Shown here piece after piece: positions 26,551 to 41,337 of a DNA stretch of 64,000 nucleotides. How positions within the stretch are numbered: the stretch's first letter is position 1; each line of letters opens with the position of its first letter. The position numbers and the translations under genes are program-made. This DNA is from Vicugna vicugna (lineage: Eukaryota), in contig MU058337.1 in the NCBI GenBank assembly GCA_013265495.1, forward strand, positions 1,792,777-1,856,776. Direction: 5' to 3'. Below the pieces are notes generated by a model. It was not told the DNA's origin. It did not search any database and was given only the letters and a program-made list of their open reading frames with translations.

Positions 26551-29500
26551 ATTATGTTACGAGTGTACTATGATAACACGTTTTCATAAATCTGTCAATT
26601 TTTGGAAATTAGATACACAGCACTGGGAACATTAAGTTGAAGCATAAAATCATCATTTTGGTTTTTTAACTTTTGCTATTTATTTCTTCAAATACAAACT
26701 TGAGCTGATTTTCAGCCACAGCACATGGAGGTGAACATAATTGTTAAAATATCAAAGTATTTGTGTAGGACTGGTTAGTAAACAGCTGCTGGACGGGCCC
26801 CTCCCCCCGTGCCCCGGGCCGTCCCGCCCTTCCCCCCGGGATCCTCAGACGTCCCCAAGCCTCGGGAGAAACGCCAGAACCTCCTCCAGCTCTGTGGCCC
26901 GATAAGTTCTGATTGTCAGGCGCAAGCCAGTTACTAACTAACCAACACGCATTCTGACCAATATTGCTGTGACACGTGTTTTCCAGTAAATGCTCAGTGT
27001 CATTACCCAAGCTCTCCGCTTATTTGTAACTATGAAAAAGGCACTGCAGTTGAATTGCCATTTCCTTGATGTTGAGAGACCCGCGCATTTGGTTGCATGT
27101 GCTTACTGTCCGTTGTGCTTCCTCCTTGGTCATTTCCGGGCTGGTCATGTGCCTGCTTCTTCCACTGGAGGCCTCAGTGCTCCTCCTAATGACGTGTGGG
27201 TGCTCTTCATAAATCTGAGTGTTGACACGGTTTGTGTGTGTTTGTCGCTTCTAATCTACCTGTCTTTTAGTGTTGCTAGTGATCTTTTTTTTTCCGGAAG
27301 TTTACCTTAAAATGGCAAAAATTCTCAATTCCTACCATTGCTTTGATGCTTGGGAAGTTTCTTCCCTCTACCTTAGAGTCAGAAAAAAAAAATCATGTCT
27401 TCTAGCTTTTTTAGGCTTTTGCCTTTAAGTCACAGACATTAAACTCTTCCATCACCTATAGTTGATCTTGGTGGCTGATGAGAAATAGGGGTGCAATGTC
27501 ACTGTTTTCTGACAGCAGTTCCCCCCAGTTTGGTTGAGTTGGATGCCTCCTTCATTTTAGATGACTTTTGGCTTATATACCTATTTTAACACTTTTTGGG
27601 AAAAGATAGGCTGTCCTATGTTAATATTTTTGCTTTTAAATATTATGCAGAGTCTCTGGTTACTGGGCAAGCACGATGCCATCAGCATCTTTGTGAACCT
27701 CCGCAGGGTCCATGCCCTCGCTCTGGAGTTGGAGCCCAAGCCATCGTGAGACTTTCTCTCAGCTGACTGGGTTGTGGCAGAGCTCTTCTTGACGCTAAAG
27801 TAGTGACGATTTGCCAGGACTTCATCTATGACCTTTGAGCGGAAACCGGATCACTTTCTTAAAGCAAATGAGGCGAGCAGGTGTATTCATCACCTCTGAC
27901 TCCACAGACATTTGGGTAGGACCATCTCTAACTTGGACTGTCAGGTTGTGCTTTCATAAAATAAGTTTATAAAAGGAAAAAAAAAGAGTGTGAATTTTCA
28001 AGGATTTATTTTCATTGAATTCATAGAGGAAAGACCCTCTGAATAAAAGGAATCCTTGGATCAAAAAAGACATTTAATTACTTCTTCAAGCTCTAATGGT
28101 AGCACTTTTCTATAATTTAAAAAATAATTTGGGTGAACTTTTCTTTTTGCTTCTTTACCAAAGTGAGGCAGGGAGCAGGGACAGCCCAGAAGAGAAACAA
28201 CGTCTCTTGTTTCACTTTTGACACCTCGGTAATTCCAGGTTAAATGCACCTAAGGGTTATGACATTTTTCCCAGGGCGTCATTTCACACTACTGTTGTAT
28301 CAGTCCCAAAATATGTATTTTCAAGTACTTACCATTTAATATATCTTTTGACGTTGAAATTTCTACACAACAATTTGTCTTTCTCCTCTGTCTCTTAAGA
28401 CTGGATCTCCAGCTGAGACCAAACTGATGAGCACATTGCAAAGAAACTTACAGGTGTGCCTAGTGAAAGAATATGCAAAATTACTGCAGAGAAGACTTTA
28501 TAATAAATACTATTGGAAATTTATAGTAATGGAATTTACTGTTGCAAAAGTGTCATACTCTAAGATTGTATCTTACACGGTAATTGGTATATATTACTGA
28601 AGAAGGTCTAGCATTTGCAGGACAGAAAACTTACAAGCAATGCATCTTTTTTTTGTGGGAGAAGAATTCATAATATTATAGCTTCTGTCCCTGACAATTT
28701 ATTTCTTACCTCATGTCTGTGAAGTTTCAGAAAAATAAAGAAGCAAAATTTAAATTTCAAACTTTATTTGAGGGTTGATTTAAGTTATGTTACGCTGTTA
28801 ATGTCTCAGAGGTTTTCTTGTAGTATGTTTTTTGTTAGCCTATCATTTTTAAAGAAACTTTAGCAAATAGCATTTAGAACTAATAAATAAATCTGTCAGC
28901 ATTTTCAAAAGTGCTACAGTGTTTCAAAGAAAAAGGCATTGTTCTTTACCTAACCCAATATAGCAACAGAAGCAGGGCAGGCTGATTTAGGATAAGATTC
29001 CAAAGCTGCACTATCATGTCACTAATGCTTAAAAGCCTTTAATTTACATTTTCAGAAAAAATATATAGAATTAAATATCTTTGAACCAGCAAGACTGTTC
29101 ATTACAGGAAGTTATTATTTTGATCAGGCTGTTGGCTTCTGAAGTCTCCTGGCAACAATACAAAAATAGCTTTCCCTCGTTAATAAAGAACAATCTGCAA
29201 AAACAAATTAGAAATGTGTTAAGGACAAAATAAACAGACATTTTATTTTTTAAACTTGGGGGCCTCTGTATTTCAGAGACTTCTGGAATCTGGGGCGCTC
29301 CACCCAACTGCTACACATTTTATTGCTCTGTTATAGGTTTGGCACGAGACAAATAATTTTCCAACTGTTGGAACAATGTGGATTCACATTTTTCCAGAAG
29401 GGGAAAAAAAAGAAAAAACTCTATCTTACATATTAAATTCCAAATAGAGAAACCGTGTCTGTATCACTCTTCCCACTTTATGATGGAATTTGAGAACTAA

Positions 29501-32500
29501 GGGGAAAATTACATAGATACATACATACATATATATATGTATATATGAAAATGGTATATCTAAGTGTAGCTGAAACTTACATCTGGTGAAAGGATGTTTA
29601 AATTGGTGGAGAAAAGTCAATCCACAGAGCTAAGCTCCCATGTTGTGAAATCCTGCTTACAGCAGTCACATGAGGCCAGTCACGTGGGATTTGCTGCAGT
29701 AACTCTTGTCTAGTTCTTACTGTGACGTATTGCACACACACTGCTGGCCGCTGTAGGGAGCTTGGTGTAACTCTGGCTGAGAAGAAGTTCTTTGAATACT
29801 TGCTTAGTCTAACAGTTCCTTCTGGGTGATCAGAAATGAATATTGACTTAACTGCCATTTCAACCAACATACCTGTTGGAGTGAAGTGAGGTGGGGAGAG
29901 AGGCTAATATTTTAGTTTTTTTAAAAAAGCGTGAAATTGAGATTTTTCATGTTTATACAAAAAGATGATATAAATAACGTACAATGGAAAGTGATTATCC
30001 CATGTTTTCTGCCTACTTTCTGAAATGGGCGGGAAAAAAAAAAAACAACCCAGAGCTGTTCACGAGACACGTGTGAAAAAATTTACTCAGTTGAAATTGA
30101 ATCGTGGCTTCGGAGCTGTGTGTTTTGCCCTCCTAAACACAGGGCTGAGGCTGGCGTGGATGGGGACGGTGGGAGGCCAAGGGGCTGGGTGATCCGTTTA
30201 GGTTTACCTCGTGAGAGGGTAAGACATCGTCGCATCGAGATGCACAGAACATGCAGGTGTTTCTGAGAACAGCGCCTGGGCGTTTTGGATGGTTCTCGGT
30301 TCTTTTCCTCGGATGCCAGTCATCGTGCTTTTTGTTACAGCCTTGTTCACACCCAGACGACACGCCTGCCGGCCTGTCAGCCTAGAAAACTGTTTTCTCT
30401 GGCTTGTGCTCTCTGCTTTCTGAGGGCTGCGTTTCTGCTGTCCCAGGTGGTTTCATTGTTCTCGCCTCTCCGTCTCCCTGGTCCCCACCCTCCCTGGTGT
30501 TGACTCTCCCTCCCCTCTGTCTCTGCCCCCTTCCTGGTCCCCAGCCTCCTTATCTTCCCGCTGGGGATGCTCCCGCAGGGGTCTCGGCAGCCAGCGTGGA
30601 CAGGGATTGGATTTCCAGCTCCCTGATGCAGGTGACAGAGTGAAGCAGTGACTGAGGTAGGGGAGGCTCAGTGAGGTTTGCGGCTTCTGCCTCTGAAAAG
30701 GCAGGCAAAACTGGCATCACAGTGTTGATGACGCATCTCAGGAGACCAGCTGGTGCAGCCCTCGGCTTCGCAGGGAAGGCATCGTTACCCCCAAGAGGCA
30801 GCTGAGGTCTTGAGAGGTTAAGTGATCTGCTCCAAATCTCACAGCTAATGAATGGTGGCTGTGTGTGTGCATGTGTGTGTATGTGGGACAGAGAAACTAG
30901 AACATTGGTAGCTTCCTTCTAAAGTTGACCTTTTTTCTCCCATTTGGATACATTTTTAAAATGCAGAAAAGTACAGAGAATAATGTAACAATCAACTATA
31001 TTCTCATCACTCACATTTAGAACTGTTAAGCATTTTGCATTACTGTGTCTTTTTTTAAATTTATGTTCTTTAAAAATCACACAGGAAAAGTATGCATTCG
31101 TGCTCTTTGGGGGAAAAAGGTGGGCAGAAATAGAATAAAGAAAGACTACATTAATTCGCTTTAAAAAAACGGCAGAAAAGAGAAAGACAGTACATCCTGC
31201 AGTAACGTCAATACCCTCTCTGACCGACCCCACCATCTCATTCTCTTTCTTTCTCCTTCAGTCACTAAACACCCAGGTTCAGTCTTATGAGAATCCTGCC
31301 AACGTTACATACATATCGATACCCATGGCCAGAAGACAGTGTTGTTCTCCACTTGTTTCATCATCCTGAAACCTGCTTTTTTATTAAGGCCATTTGCTGA
31401 GATGAAACACACATACCTTTAGTGCATTGGTTTTAACTGTCACTCAGCGAGGCATTGTGTGCACGCACCACACTTCATCCAGATAGTCGCTTTCAAATGT
31501 CTGGGCTCCCAGTTTCGGATTGGGCTATGCCATTTCCATCCCAAACCATACCACATCTCTCTGTGCACGTGTGCTTCCCTGGGGATGAAATGGCACGTGC
31601 TTCGTGGCCACGCGCCTTCTCCCTTGTACTCAGTATTGCCAAATGGCTGCAATAGACTCCTGCCAACTCGAACGGGGGATTCTGTTTCCATAAATCCTTC
31701 CCAGCAATCAATGGTCTTCGTCTTTTTAATTTTTATATAGCTGGTGGAAATATAGTTTATCATTCTATTGTGCAAGTAAGAGGTAAGAGACTAGGTGAGA
31801 GTTCAGAACACTTCGGTGTGGAAATGGAATTGTGACCAGAACCTAGGAGACAGCAAGACACAACTCTATCAAGACTGTGTGCTGATTTTATGACAAATAT
31901 CATCAATAACATGAACAAGATATTATGGGACACGTTATATTTGTTTTCATATAAGTTGCTAAAAAGGTGTAGAAACAATGTCTCTTCAGTAACTTACAAA
32001 TGGGGTGAAATCTAGAACAGGAAGCAAAAAATAATCTAAAAGTTGGCTGCATGAAATTAGAAAGAAGTCATGTTGATAGGGATAAATGATTAACTTTATT
32101 GATTAAAGGAAATGTTTTTCGGATTAAACATTAAGATGTGCTCTTCGTTTGCTTTGAGACCGGATACCTGCTGACTTTCAGAGGGGCAACCTGGCATTAA
32201 AGGGAGAATGCCGTGAGCTTTAGGAGACTAGTTTAGGCTGAAACTAAGAAATATGTCAGTGACTATGAAATAGATGAGACCTGAGAGGAAAGAGGTGTGG
32301 TGTGTGGTCTGGGAACCAGGCAGTCTTCTGGTAATTCCTGCCACCCTCATCCAAAGAAAGAGACACTCTGCTTTCTGAAATCCCATTGTTTCTGTGGCCC
32401 TGGTTCACTTGGATGGGGTACCACTGTTCTCAGTCAACAGTCAAGCTTTGGAAGAGAAACTGAGGACCCACCTTCCCACTTTGGAGGGAACACGTTTGAC

Positions 32501-34170
32501 CAGACGGCACAATGTCTCCGTCTCAGGAGCTGTGAGGTGTCTGTTTAGCGTCTGAGGCTGACAACGCTCCCACCAGCACGGCCGGAGGATTCGTTTATTA
32601 GAGAGACTTTATGTGTCACATATAAAGCGTTTACCAAGCATTTTATAATCGTTTTTTACTGCTCCTCCTAGCAACCTTAACCACACTGCAGCCGTGCCCT
32701 CTGGGCCTCAGGGGTCTGCTGCCGCGATCACACCCAGCGCCTTCCGGAGCCTCCTCTCCAAACCTTCCGCTGGGATTCTGTTTAATCTCAATCAAAGTTA
32801 AAGTTTAGAAGTTGTCATGGTTAGAAAAGAGGATAGATAATTTAGCTGCCTTTGGACTTTGAGGATTACAATGATAGCCGATTTGCAACAAAAAAAAAAT
32901 TCCCGTAAAATGAAAGGCCATGTCTTTGGCTCTGGAAATCTCTCTTTGTTCTAAAATGAATAGGAAGATATTAAAAATACAGAAAAATATACTGGTACAG
33001 AAGGAGTCACTGACATTCATTTCTCAAGCTATTTGTTGAATCCAATATAGAAAAGAGGCAGAAAGAGGATATTTTACACTAAAGGGATTAAAGTTACAAA
33101 CAGAAATACCCAATGTCATTTATGCCTTTTAAATCTGTTTTTAGCATTTGCAACGTATATCACATTTACAGCACGAAATGTATTAAAAAGAGCGTCAGTA
33201 GTTAGTGGCCCGATGTGAAAGGAATTCAGTAAACTGCATGTCTTAGTTGTGCTTGAAAATTATGTTTCAGGCCAGACCCTGAAGGACATTTTTTAGGTGA
33301 ATTTAAGATTTTGCTGCTTTTAAATTCATAACTTAAAGAAGAAAATGGTGCTTGTGACTCCAGCATACCTGAGGAAGAGTCCACAGTGTGGAATTCTTGG
33401 AGAACTGGTGCGTACCTGAGTAATTTAAAGCCAGACTGGATTCAATATTCAGGAACATTCCTTCGGGAGTTTCCTGCAACTGACAATAAGTAAGGCCCCT
33501 TAGGAGAACCCCCTTCTACCTCTGGGGCTATTCCCCACCCACCCTGCCCTGATCTGTCAGTCTTCCAATTGAAAAAGAACCCAGATGCACTCTAGTTTTG
33601 TTAGTGCCTATTTTATGAGATGTGTACATCAGAGTCACGGTAAAAATAATATTTGTAAAAAAAACCAAAACAAAACAAAATCAGGGAAGACTGTGAGGTT
33701 GATACACAAGAATAAACTTTCAAGAAAATGTGCTAATTGTTAGTGGATTGGAAGACTGTTATTGAGACTATTCATTGCATTTGAATAAGGAGGCAGACTG
33801 AAATCTGCCACCCCGCCCTCTCCACCCGACTCCAGAGTGAAAGGAGTCATGTAGGGAATTGAAATCCCCTGTAAATGACTTAACAAGTGTAGAAGAGTAA
33901 TACAGTTCTTTTTTACCCATTAGTTATTTTCACTTCATAAAATCATAACGACTGGTAATGTGAAAACAGAAAATTTTGTTCACTTTTTTTTTTCCCCTAG
34001 CAATACAGTGAGGAACTTGGAAATTCATCATGGAAGGGACTAGTCAAGAAGTGGAAGAGTGATCAGACCTGATTAAATGTTGTCTAAGCAGTGGTTTGCA
34101 GGGTGAACACAACTGCTGTCATTCAGGAGATGTTCCTCCAAACGATTGCATATATATATATATATATATA

Positions 34171-34220
34171 NNNNNNNNNNNNNNNNNNNNNNNNNNNNNN
34201 NNNNNNNNNNNNNNNNNNNN
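34171..34220. other. Assembly gap (50 N) within a (TA)n microsatellite
   Basis: Run of n flanked on both sides by TATATA, followed by (CA)n. Confidence 0.99.
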
Positions 34221-34511
34221 TATATATATATACATACACACACACACACACACATGTTTTTAATTTTAGAAGCTACAACTGGCTAATGTGCACTTTAATG
34301 ACAGTAATGTTATTCTCCCGAGAGATAACAGCAGTCCTACAGAGTCTAAGTAGAAATAACACATTTATGACACATATTTATAGCCTCCCAGACACAGTAC
34401 TTCTCCATCAACACAGTCAGAGCTAGGAACAAAGCCCGAGAAGTTAGCTTCTAGTGTCTAATTCTAAAACCCTCCGTCCCTTACCAAGAAAAAAAAAAAA
34501 AATCATCTTAC

Positions 34512-34554
34512 CTTGTCGGGAAGAAAGAGCCTTCAGCTCCGGTAAATTGCAGGG
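34512..34554 (-). other. Candidate 43-nt spliced exon of a minus-strand transcript
   Basis: Minus strand shows a long polypyrimidine tract, TTACAG| acceptor, exon CCCTGCAATTTACCGGAGCTGAAGGCTCTTTCTTCCCGACAAG and donor AAG|GTAAGA. Confidence 0.45.
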
Positions 34555-35689
34555 CTGTAATTTAAAAAGAAAAAAGGAAAGAAAAAAGAGAGGGGGAGGA
34601 AAAAAAGTAAGGCAACTTTGATTCAAAATGTTTAAGATTCTAGCAGGACATACTGCTTTTGTATCTTTGAGTACTGCGCAAAGATTCCTGCTGAAGTGCT
34701 GTGCAATCTTCCCCGAGTGTAGAGAGAGCACACACTTGAGCTTTTCCCTCTCTTTCCTCTCTTTTTACAACACAAAGAGCTTCCCCACTCTGACCTCGCA
34801 CTGTGCATTAGTGGAAGGCTCAGGAAGTTGATCTTGGAAGGGGTGACTGCTCGTGTTGCCCGGGGGTTATGCCCCCTCTTGACGATGGGTTAAAATTCTC
34901 ACATTTTGGCCATGGGTCGTGTTTACATTGTCACGTTGCTATTGGACTTGACCTATTTGAGCACGGAAAATGTTTTCCCCAAATATCTCCAAAAATAGTT
35001 AAAAAATTTTTTTTCCTGGTGGTACGGCCGTTTGGATTCCTGCGTGATCTGCTTCTGCGGTGAGACTGCAAGCGCAGAAGGGCAGGTGGTGCGCTGAGAA
35101 CTTTGATCTCTCCCTGCTCTTCAGCCTTTGGAGTTCATCAAAATCGAGTCACTTTCAGGAAGGTCTGTGCTGAGGGAAGCACAGTCATAAACGCTGCTCC
35201 TGGGGCCCTAAGCCCTCACTGAGCCGGGAGATGACACACCCGCTGCCAGTTCCTTTCAGAATCAGCCGGCTTTTATTTTTGTCCCCGTGTATCTGGTTCC
35301 TGTTTTGTCTCCAGTCTGTAAATGAGAATTGGAGTTACCGAGTAGAGTCTTCTGCACTATTTTTCCTATTGAAATGTGTGTGCGTGTGTGTGTGTGTGTG
35401 TGTGACGTGTGACTGCTGAAAGCTGGTTGGGTTTTTTTTTTTGTTAGAATAATTGGTGAGCCAAACCATACTCTTACTAGTACGCAGTATGATTTGTTGT
35501 CATAGGAAGGAGGTTAGGACGTATACTTCTAAAGCATTACTCAGACAATTGTATTATTTTTCACCCAAGTCAGCCAATGAATCAGTTAGTTCAGCAACAG
35601 GGACATTAAGTCACCTTAGTGTCAGGGTCCTGGGGAGTCAGTTGGTCCCCATCCATCCCCTTGGTGTCCTCACCCCATCTCCTGTCCTA

Positions 35690-36740
35690 CTGGCCGTCTA
35701 AATGCCAAAGATGCCCGGATTCACATCCCTAGCTCAGAACTCTCTACAGAATTCCAGACCCATATATTCAATTGCCTGTGATATCTCCATTTAAAAATCT
35801 ATGAGAAATGTAATTCTCAGCAAATGCACCTTCTGAGTTGCTTCCCAAATGTGCTCCCTTGCAGACGTCCTCGTAGTCAGTCAACCAGTGGCCACTCCCG
35901 GCCACTCCAACCTTCCAGATGTTCCTGCCAAATATTTGGAGTCACTTTGTCTCCTCCTTTCCCTCGTATTCCACCTTCAGACAGCGGGGAGAGACCGTTG
36001 ACTTTATTCCAGCAGTGCTGGAAGTTCCCGGGCTTCTCCTGCCCCTTGCCTGCCCCCAACCCAGCGTTACTCCAGTGGGGTCCCCACCGGCCTCCCTTCT
36101 GTCCTTGCCCCCGTCATCATCTCAATCCCATGGCCACAGCATCTCTTTACAACACAGGTCGGGTGATGTTGTGCCTCTGTTCACACGCCTGCATTTCTCC
36201 CCAGTTGAGTCAGAAATAGAAGCCACGTGGTTATCGGGTCCTACGAGCCCCTCCAGCCGACCCTTCAGCTGCCCCCGGTGTCTCAGAGTACAGCTCCTCC
36301 AAGGTCTCCCTTGTTACTCCACTGCCAGGTCCTGCCCGTCCCTCTTGGAATGGAGCCTTCTCCTGGCTGGTGCCTTTTGCATTGGTTCCTCTCTCGTCCT
36401 GAAAAATACCCCCATGGGTAGTCCCCTCCCCTCCAGCATCTTTGCTCAAAGGCTCCCTCACAACCAAGTCTACCCTGAGATCTCTCTTTAAAATGCATCC
36501 TCAGCCCCACAGCCTCCATGACCTGCCCTACATCCTTCTTGCCCCCATACCTGCCTAATATGTGCTTTACTCATCCATTATTTTGTGTGTATTATCGCCT
36601 CTTTTTCCCTCTCTACCCCAACCCTGCTGCTACAAGATTCACCCGTGCAAGATCTTTGTTTTATTCTGACATATTCCAGGCTCCTGAAACAGCGCACAGC
36701 ACAGAGAGATGCTGAAAAAATGTTTCTTGAATGAATGGCA
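35690..36740 (-). mobile_element. L2 fossil
   Basis: CTCTCTACAGAATTCCAGACCCATATATTCAATTGCCT...; ends with L2-type AAAATGTTTCTTGAATGAATG. Confidence 0.65.
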
Positions 36741-37863
36741 TCTTAAAAGCGCATGGAATTAAAGAAATGTTGTAAATAAAAATTATGTCTATGCCCTCAC
36801 CGTGCTGAAGAACTAAGGGAGGGAGAAGGGAAAACCCGAATGGAAAACACCAGAAGAGCAAAACATGTAGAACATCTTATTAGACATAGAGGACTAAGAG
36901 CCATGAAAAAGTAGGGGAGGCACCTAGAATGGACATATTCAGGGAGGACCTGGATATACTTAACTCATTGCTCTCAGTTTACAGGTGATGAAGCCTGACT
37001 TGAGCCAGACAGCAGCTGGTTCTCCAAGAATCCCTTGTAAAGCCTAATGCAAAGGTTAATGAAGTGGGATGGTTGAGAGACTGTCTGGTTCTCCCACCTC
37101 TGAGCCTTCATACAGGCTGTTCCTTGTACTTAGACACCCGTCCCTCTCTTTTCACCTGGCCAACTTCAGCTTCTCCTTCAGATCTTGATGGGCAGATCGC
37201 TTCCTCAGGGACCCTTCCAAACCTCTCCCCCAGGACTGGCTTCCTCTGCTCAGCACTCCCGAAGCTCTTTACATCTTCATCACAGCAGCTTTTGAAGCCT
37301 TTCTTCCTGACCAGTCTGTAGATTCCTCAGGGAGAGGAGTATCTTTGTCCTGCCCCAGCTAGCATCCTAACACCCACCAGCTGTGGAATGTTTGTGGGGT
37401 GAATGACTGTCAGCCACACCCTAATCCAGGTCCCATTAGCCATTATCAAAGACAGAGAGCCTGGGATTCAACGTCGCCTGGGCTCTGATTTCCCAGTCAG
37501 ACTGTCTCCCAGTCTTGCTGTACCTAATACCTTTTATTCATGGAGGAATGACTCATCAGAAATATTTTGGAGGCAAAGAGAAAGAAAGAGTCTAAAAATT
37601 AGAGCTCCCTCACTTTGTGTGATTATTCATTTGGCACATGGTGGGATACAAAATTGCTTAAGATCTTTCTGCTTATAATTTGCTCAGAGCCTCGTTCAAG
37701 AAAAGGGAGTAAAAAGCATTTAAAAAAAAAACGTTGAAACAACTGGTATTAGAGAGATGTTCTGATGTGACCATGGCAGCACTGTGCTTGGGTGTGTAAG
37801 GTTCCAGAACTGTCTTCAAGAGTCAGCTTGACACAAAAGTAAGGTAATGCCATACAGTTAGAA

Positions 37864-38164
37864 CAGGGCTTGGAGAACCATGGCCTGTTACCTGTTTTTG
37901 TGTGGCCTGGGAGCTAAAAATGGTTTTTACATATTTAAATAGAACAGCAAGAACAGAAAAATAATATTTCATGATAAATGTATATTTTATGAAATTCAAA
38001 ATCAGTATCCACAAATAACGTTTTATGGGAACACAGCCATGTCCATTTATTTATGTTCAATGGCAGGGTAGTTAGTTACAACAGAAACCACTGTATAGTT
38101 CAAAAGCCAAAAATATTCACTATTTGCCCATTTACCAAAAAAAAAAAAATCTTGCTGATCCCTG
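37864..38164. mobile_element. MER58B-like hAT-Charlie element
   Basis: CAGGG...CCCTG termini, internal GAGCTAAAAATGGTTTTTACAT and AAAGCCAAAAATATTCACTATTTG; 8-bp TSD AGTTAGAA (37856-37863)/AGTTAGAG (38165-38172). Confidence 0.85.
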
Positions 38165-41100
38165 AGTTAGAGGAAATAGCAGCTGCAAAGCTCTATCTGC
38201 AAAGTATGCAGGTTAACTGGAGTGCAAGGGGTGTGTGTGTGTGTGTGTGTGGCAGAGGGGTGTGCATGTGTGGAAGGGGCAGGATATGTTAGGAAATGAG
38301 GCTGCATATGTACTAGGGAAGAACAAATCTGACTCCACAATGAATCTGCTTCTGTTACATTAACCTTTGTATTCTATTGCTTTTGCTACAAGTTAATCAC
38401 TAAAAGGATGTTATCTATAGCTTAAAAGATACATAATAACCCATCTCTGGGAACCCTGCCTCCCAGGTAATGAGCGTTGAGCTAAAATACCTTTGTGTAG
38501 CTCGCAGGAATCATCCTGACCAGACCCACCTGTGAATGGCCAGGAAGGCAGAAATGGACACAGCCCCTCTGGAGGCTGCCCAGAAGAGCAGAGGTAAGTC
38601 ACGGGGAAGGAACCTGTCTGTGGGTCATTGTCATAGCAACCCCATCCGGGAGAACTTGCTGCTAACAAAAAGAGCTTGGAGGGGCATCACCCAGGCAGAG
38701 GAGCATCTTAAGTAACAGTCAGAGAAAGAGTTGGACCTCATTAAGGGAACATTAAGAGATTTTCATTTGGGGTGGTGTCTCCAGAGAACCACAAATGCAT
38801 TCAAGACAAAAAGTGCCCTGAAGATGCCCAAAGTCCAGAGAACACTGCTGGTGAGTGATCAGAACCTTTCTGTACACCTACCTCTCCCTCCTCTAGTCCG
38901 TCTCAGCCCAGGAGGAGCCAGAAGACAGCCTCGTGGGGACAAGGGTAGGACAGGAAAAGGAGAAAGTGTTGAAATGGAGAGGCCAACCCCTTTCCCACGG
39001 CAGTTCTGACAAAGCAGGGGGTGAAGAAAGGGAAACAGGAGAGAAAACTTACCTCCGAATGAAGCTCAGCATTTTGACACTTATGATTTAGACTTTTAAA
39101 CGACTGAAATTGGACTACTTTAATGAGTAAACATGCCTGGAGGGCTTTCCTTGTCTGAGAATGACCAGGAACATCAGGTGCCCCGGTGCTGGCCACAGAG
39201 CGGAGTTTTGAAAGGGTGATCATGACACAGTGATACTGTTTTCTCCTTGTGTCCAGTGGAATCCTGCCCTCTTGGCCCCACAATGAAGGCCGCAGAAGGT
39301 CTACGCTCGTAAATCACAGTAGCAATTTTACAGAGGGTCGCTTTCTCAATCTTGTTTTTGGAACAATAAAACACGAAGTTAAAAAGCATTTAAGTATAAG
39401 ATTTTATTAACTTCATAAAAGAAATTTTTAATATTAGCCAAAGAATTTACGAGGTTATAGTTTTCAAAAAAGACCCTGTATGGTGATCAGTGGGAGTGGG
39501 TAGTAATGGAAAACCACCGCATTTGGGACTCAGATGGGGGCAATCTCTCCATTTGGCGATAATTGAATCTCAGTTGTGGTAGCTTATCCTGTCAGGGTCA
39601 GACCTATGTTGTGAAAGAGAGGAAATTAAATGTACTAACCAGAAAGTTGCTCAAAGTGCATTAAGGTCACGACAGAAGCTATCAAGGAAATTCGCAGTTG
39701 CAGCCTGTCTCCCCGCCACGGACTCAGCGGGGCGCCGGGGGCAGTGCTTCAGAAGGCACCCCGGTGCGGGCAGGTATTGGAAGTCGGCCTTGCCTATACG
39801 TTTCCTTGTTTCCATTAGCTTGGGTTACAAACAGCACTTTTTGAATGCCCTTTTTGGTAAGCACACTTCCTCTGTTTTTCTTACAAGTTCTGTGGTAAGT
39901 AAGAGAACTTCTGTAATCAGTAATCACCCATTTTATTTCTATTTTCTGTAATTTCACAATGAAAGACAAACTTCTCCACTATCTCATAATTACCTATCTT
40001 GTCCTATAGAACAGTACTTTCTTTGTGTAACAAAATATTCTTCTAAGAAGCTGGTAAAACTGGTTAAGCCGGTTCCCCACTGAAGCAGAAACCAACTCAA
40101 AAGGGAGCTCACAGATGGACTCTCTGGTGTTTAACATATGGGTGGGTAAACATCAAATATGTGACCAGAAAACCTTTTTTTTCCTCCTGAACATGCAGAG
40201 ATAACATGAAATTGATGTCTGAGAATACAATGTAAATAGCTCAGGAATTTAGTGATCAGTCAAGACAGAGAAACGCAGCATGGAAATCTCAGGGCAGACT
40301 CCTGCGGAGACAAAAGCCACATAACTGCAAGTCTGTGTCACCTGCATCTTCATAGCGTCGCTGGGGTCTACCTGTGGGCAACAGGGCTTGGGGATTTGGC
40401 CCGTTTCACCAAAGTAAACATTCAAATGACTCTTTCAAATAAGTGTGTGAATATTATTCAGTTCATCCATTGACTAAACCCTGAAATTACATGGTTTACT
40501 TTTTTAATGACCCAAGTGAGTATGCAATTTAATTCCATTTTGCCTTCACTGACGTCAGCGAAATTGAGAAAGAAATGCTGCTATAAAAATAGTCCACATT
40601 GAAAAGAAGAAGAAGAAAAAAAGGATGGTTGGGTAAAAGTTTAAGGTAAAATTCTTCAGCTTCTTTTAACAAAAAGTAACATTTGATCAACATCATTAAA
40701 TGTTAGTATAACTCTTATCCCCAAAGCCTCTTCCAAGTAAACAATCCCTCCAGGATATCAGTTTTCTGTAGCAACATGCTTAGGGGAAAAAAAAACATAG
40801 TTTCTACGCCAAGAATAAAATTCTACTGGCCAAATATTTGCATAAGCAAACATTTTCAAATTCAAATTCTACATACACGCTAAACCTCTTGGTGTTTCTA
40901 AATGCTTTTGTGATTAGTCTTCGAGTTTTTGTTGGACAGATGTGTAAAACCAATAATTAGAAGTGAGGTGTTAAAAGATAAAAAATAAGGAGGATTTTGT
41001 TCATTATTAGCACTTAAAATTATGCTTAGCTCTTGTTATAGAAAACCAGAGATCCCAGACAAAAGTACTTTTAATTTGACCTGTCTTCAGATTCAAATCT

Positions 41101-41319
41101 TGAATTTATTAGAATCATTTCATTTGGCTGCCAGGGAGTAACTGGCTAAGACATAACATGAAAGATGGTGGGACATAATTTTTTTTTGTTTTTCTTTTCA
41201 GTTGAGGCAACCTCAAGTAGACTTGTCTCTGTGACATCAAGTCTGAGACATAACAGCGGATGTGTATGTGGTGAATTAAAACAGCAGTATATAGACACAT
41301 ATAATTATATCCAACTCAC

Positions 41320-41337
41320 CTGAGAAACACCCAGGTC
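41320..41337 (-). other. Candidate 18-nt microexon
   Basis: Minus strand TCTTATTTTCCCCCAATATTTAG|GACCTGGGTGTTTCTCAG|GTGAGT; an upstream CAG|GTAAGT donor at 41472 would define a 135-nt intron. Confidence 0.3.
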
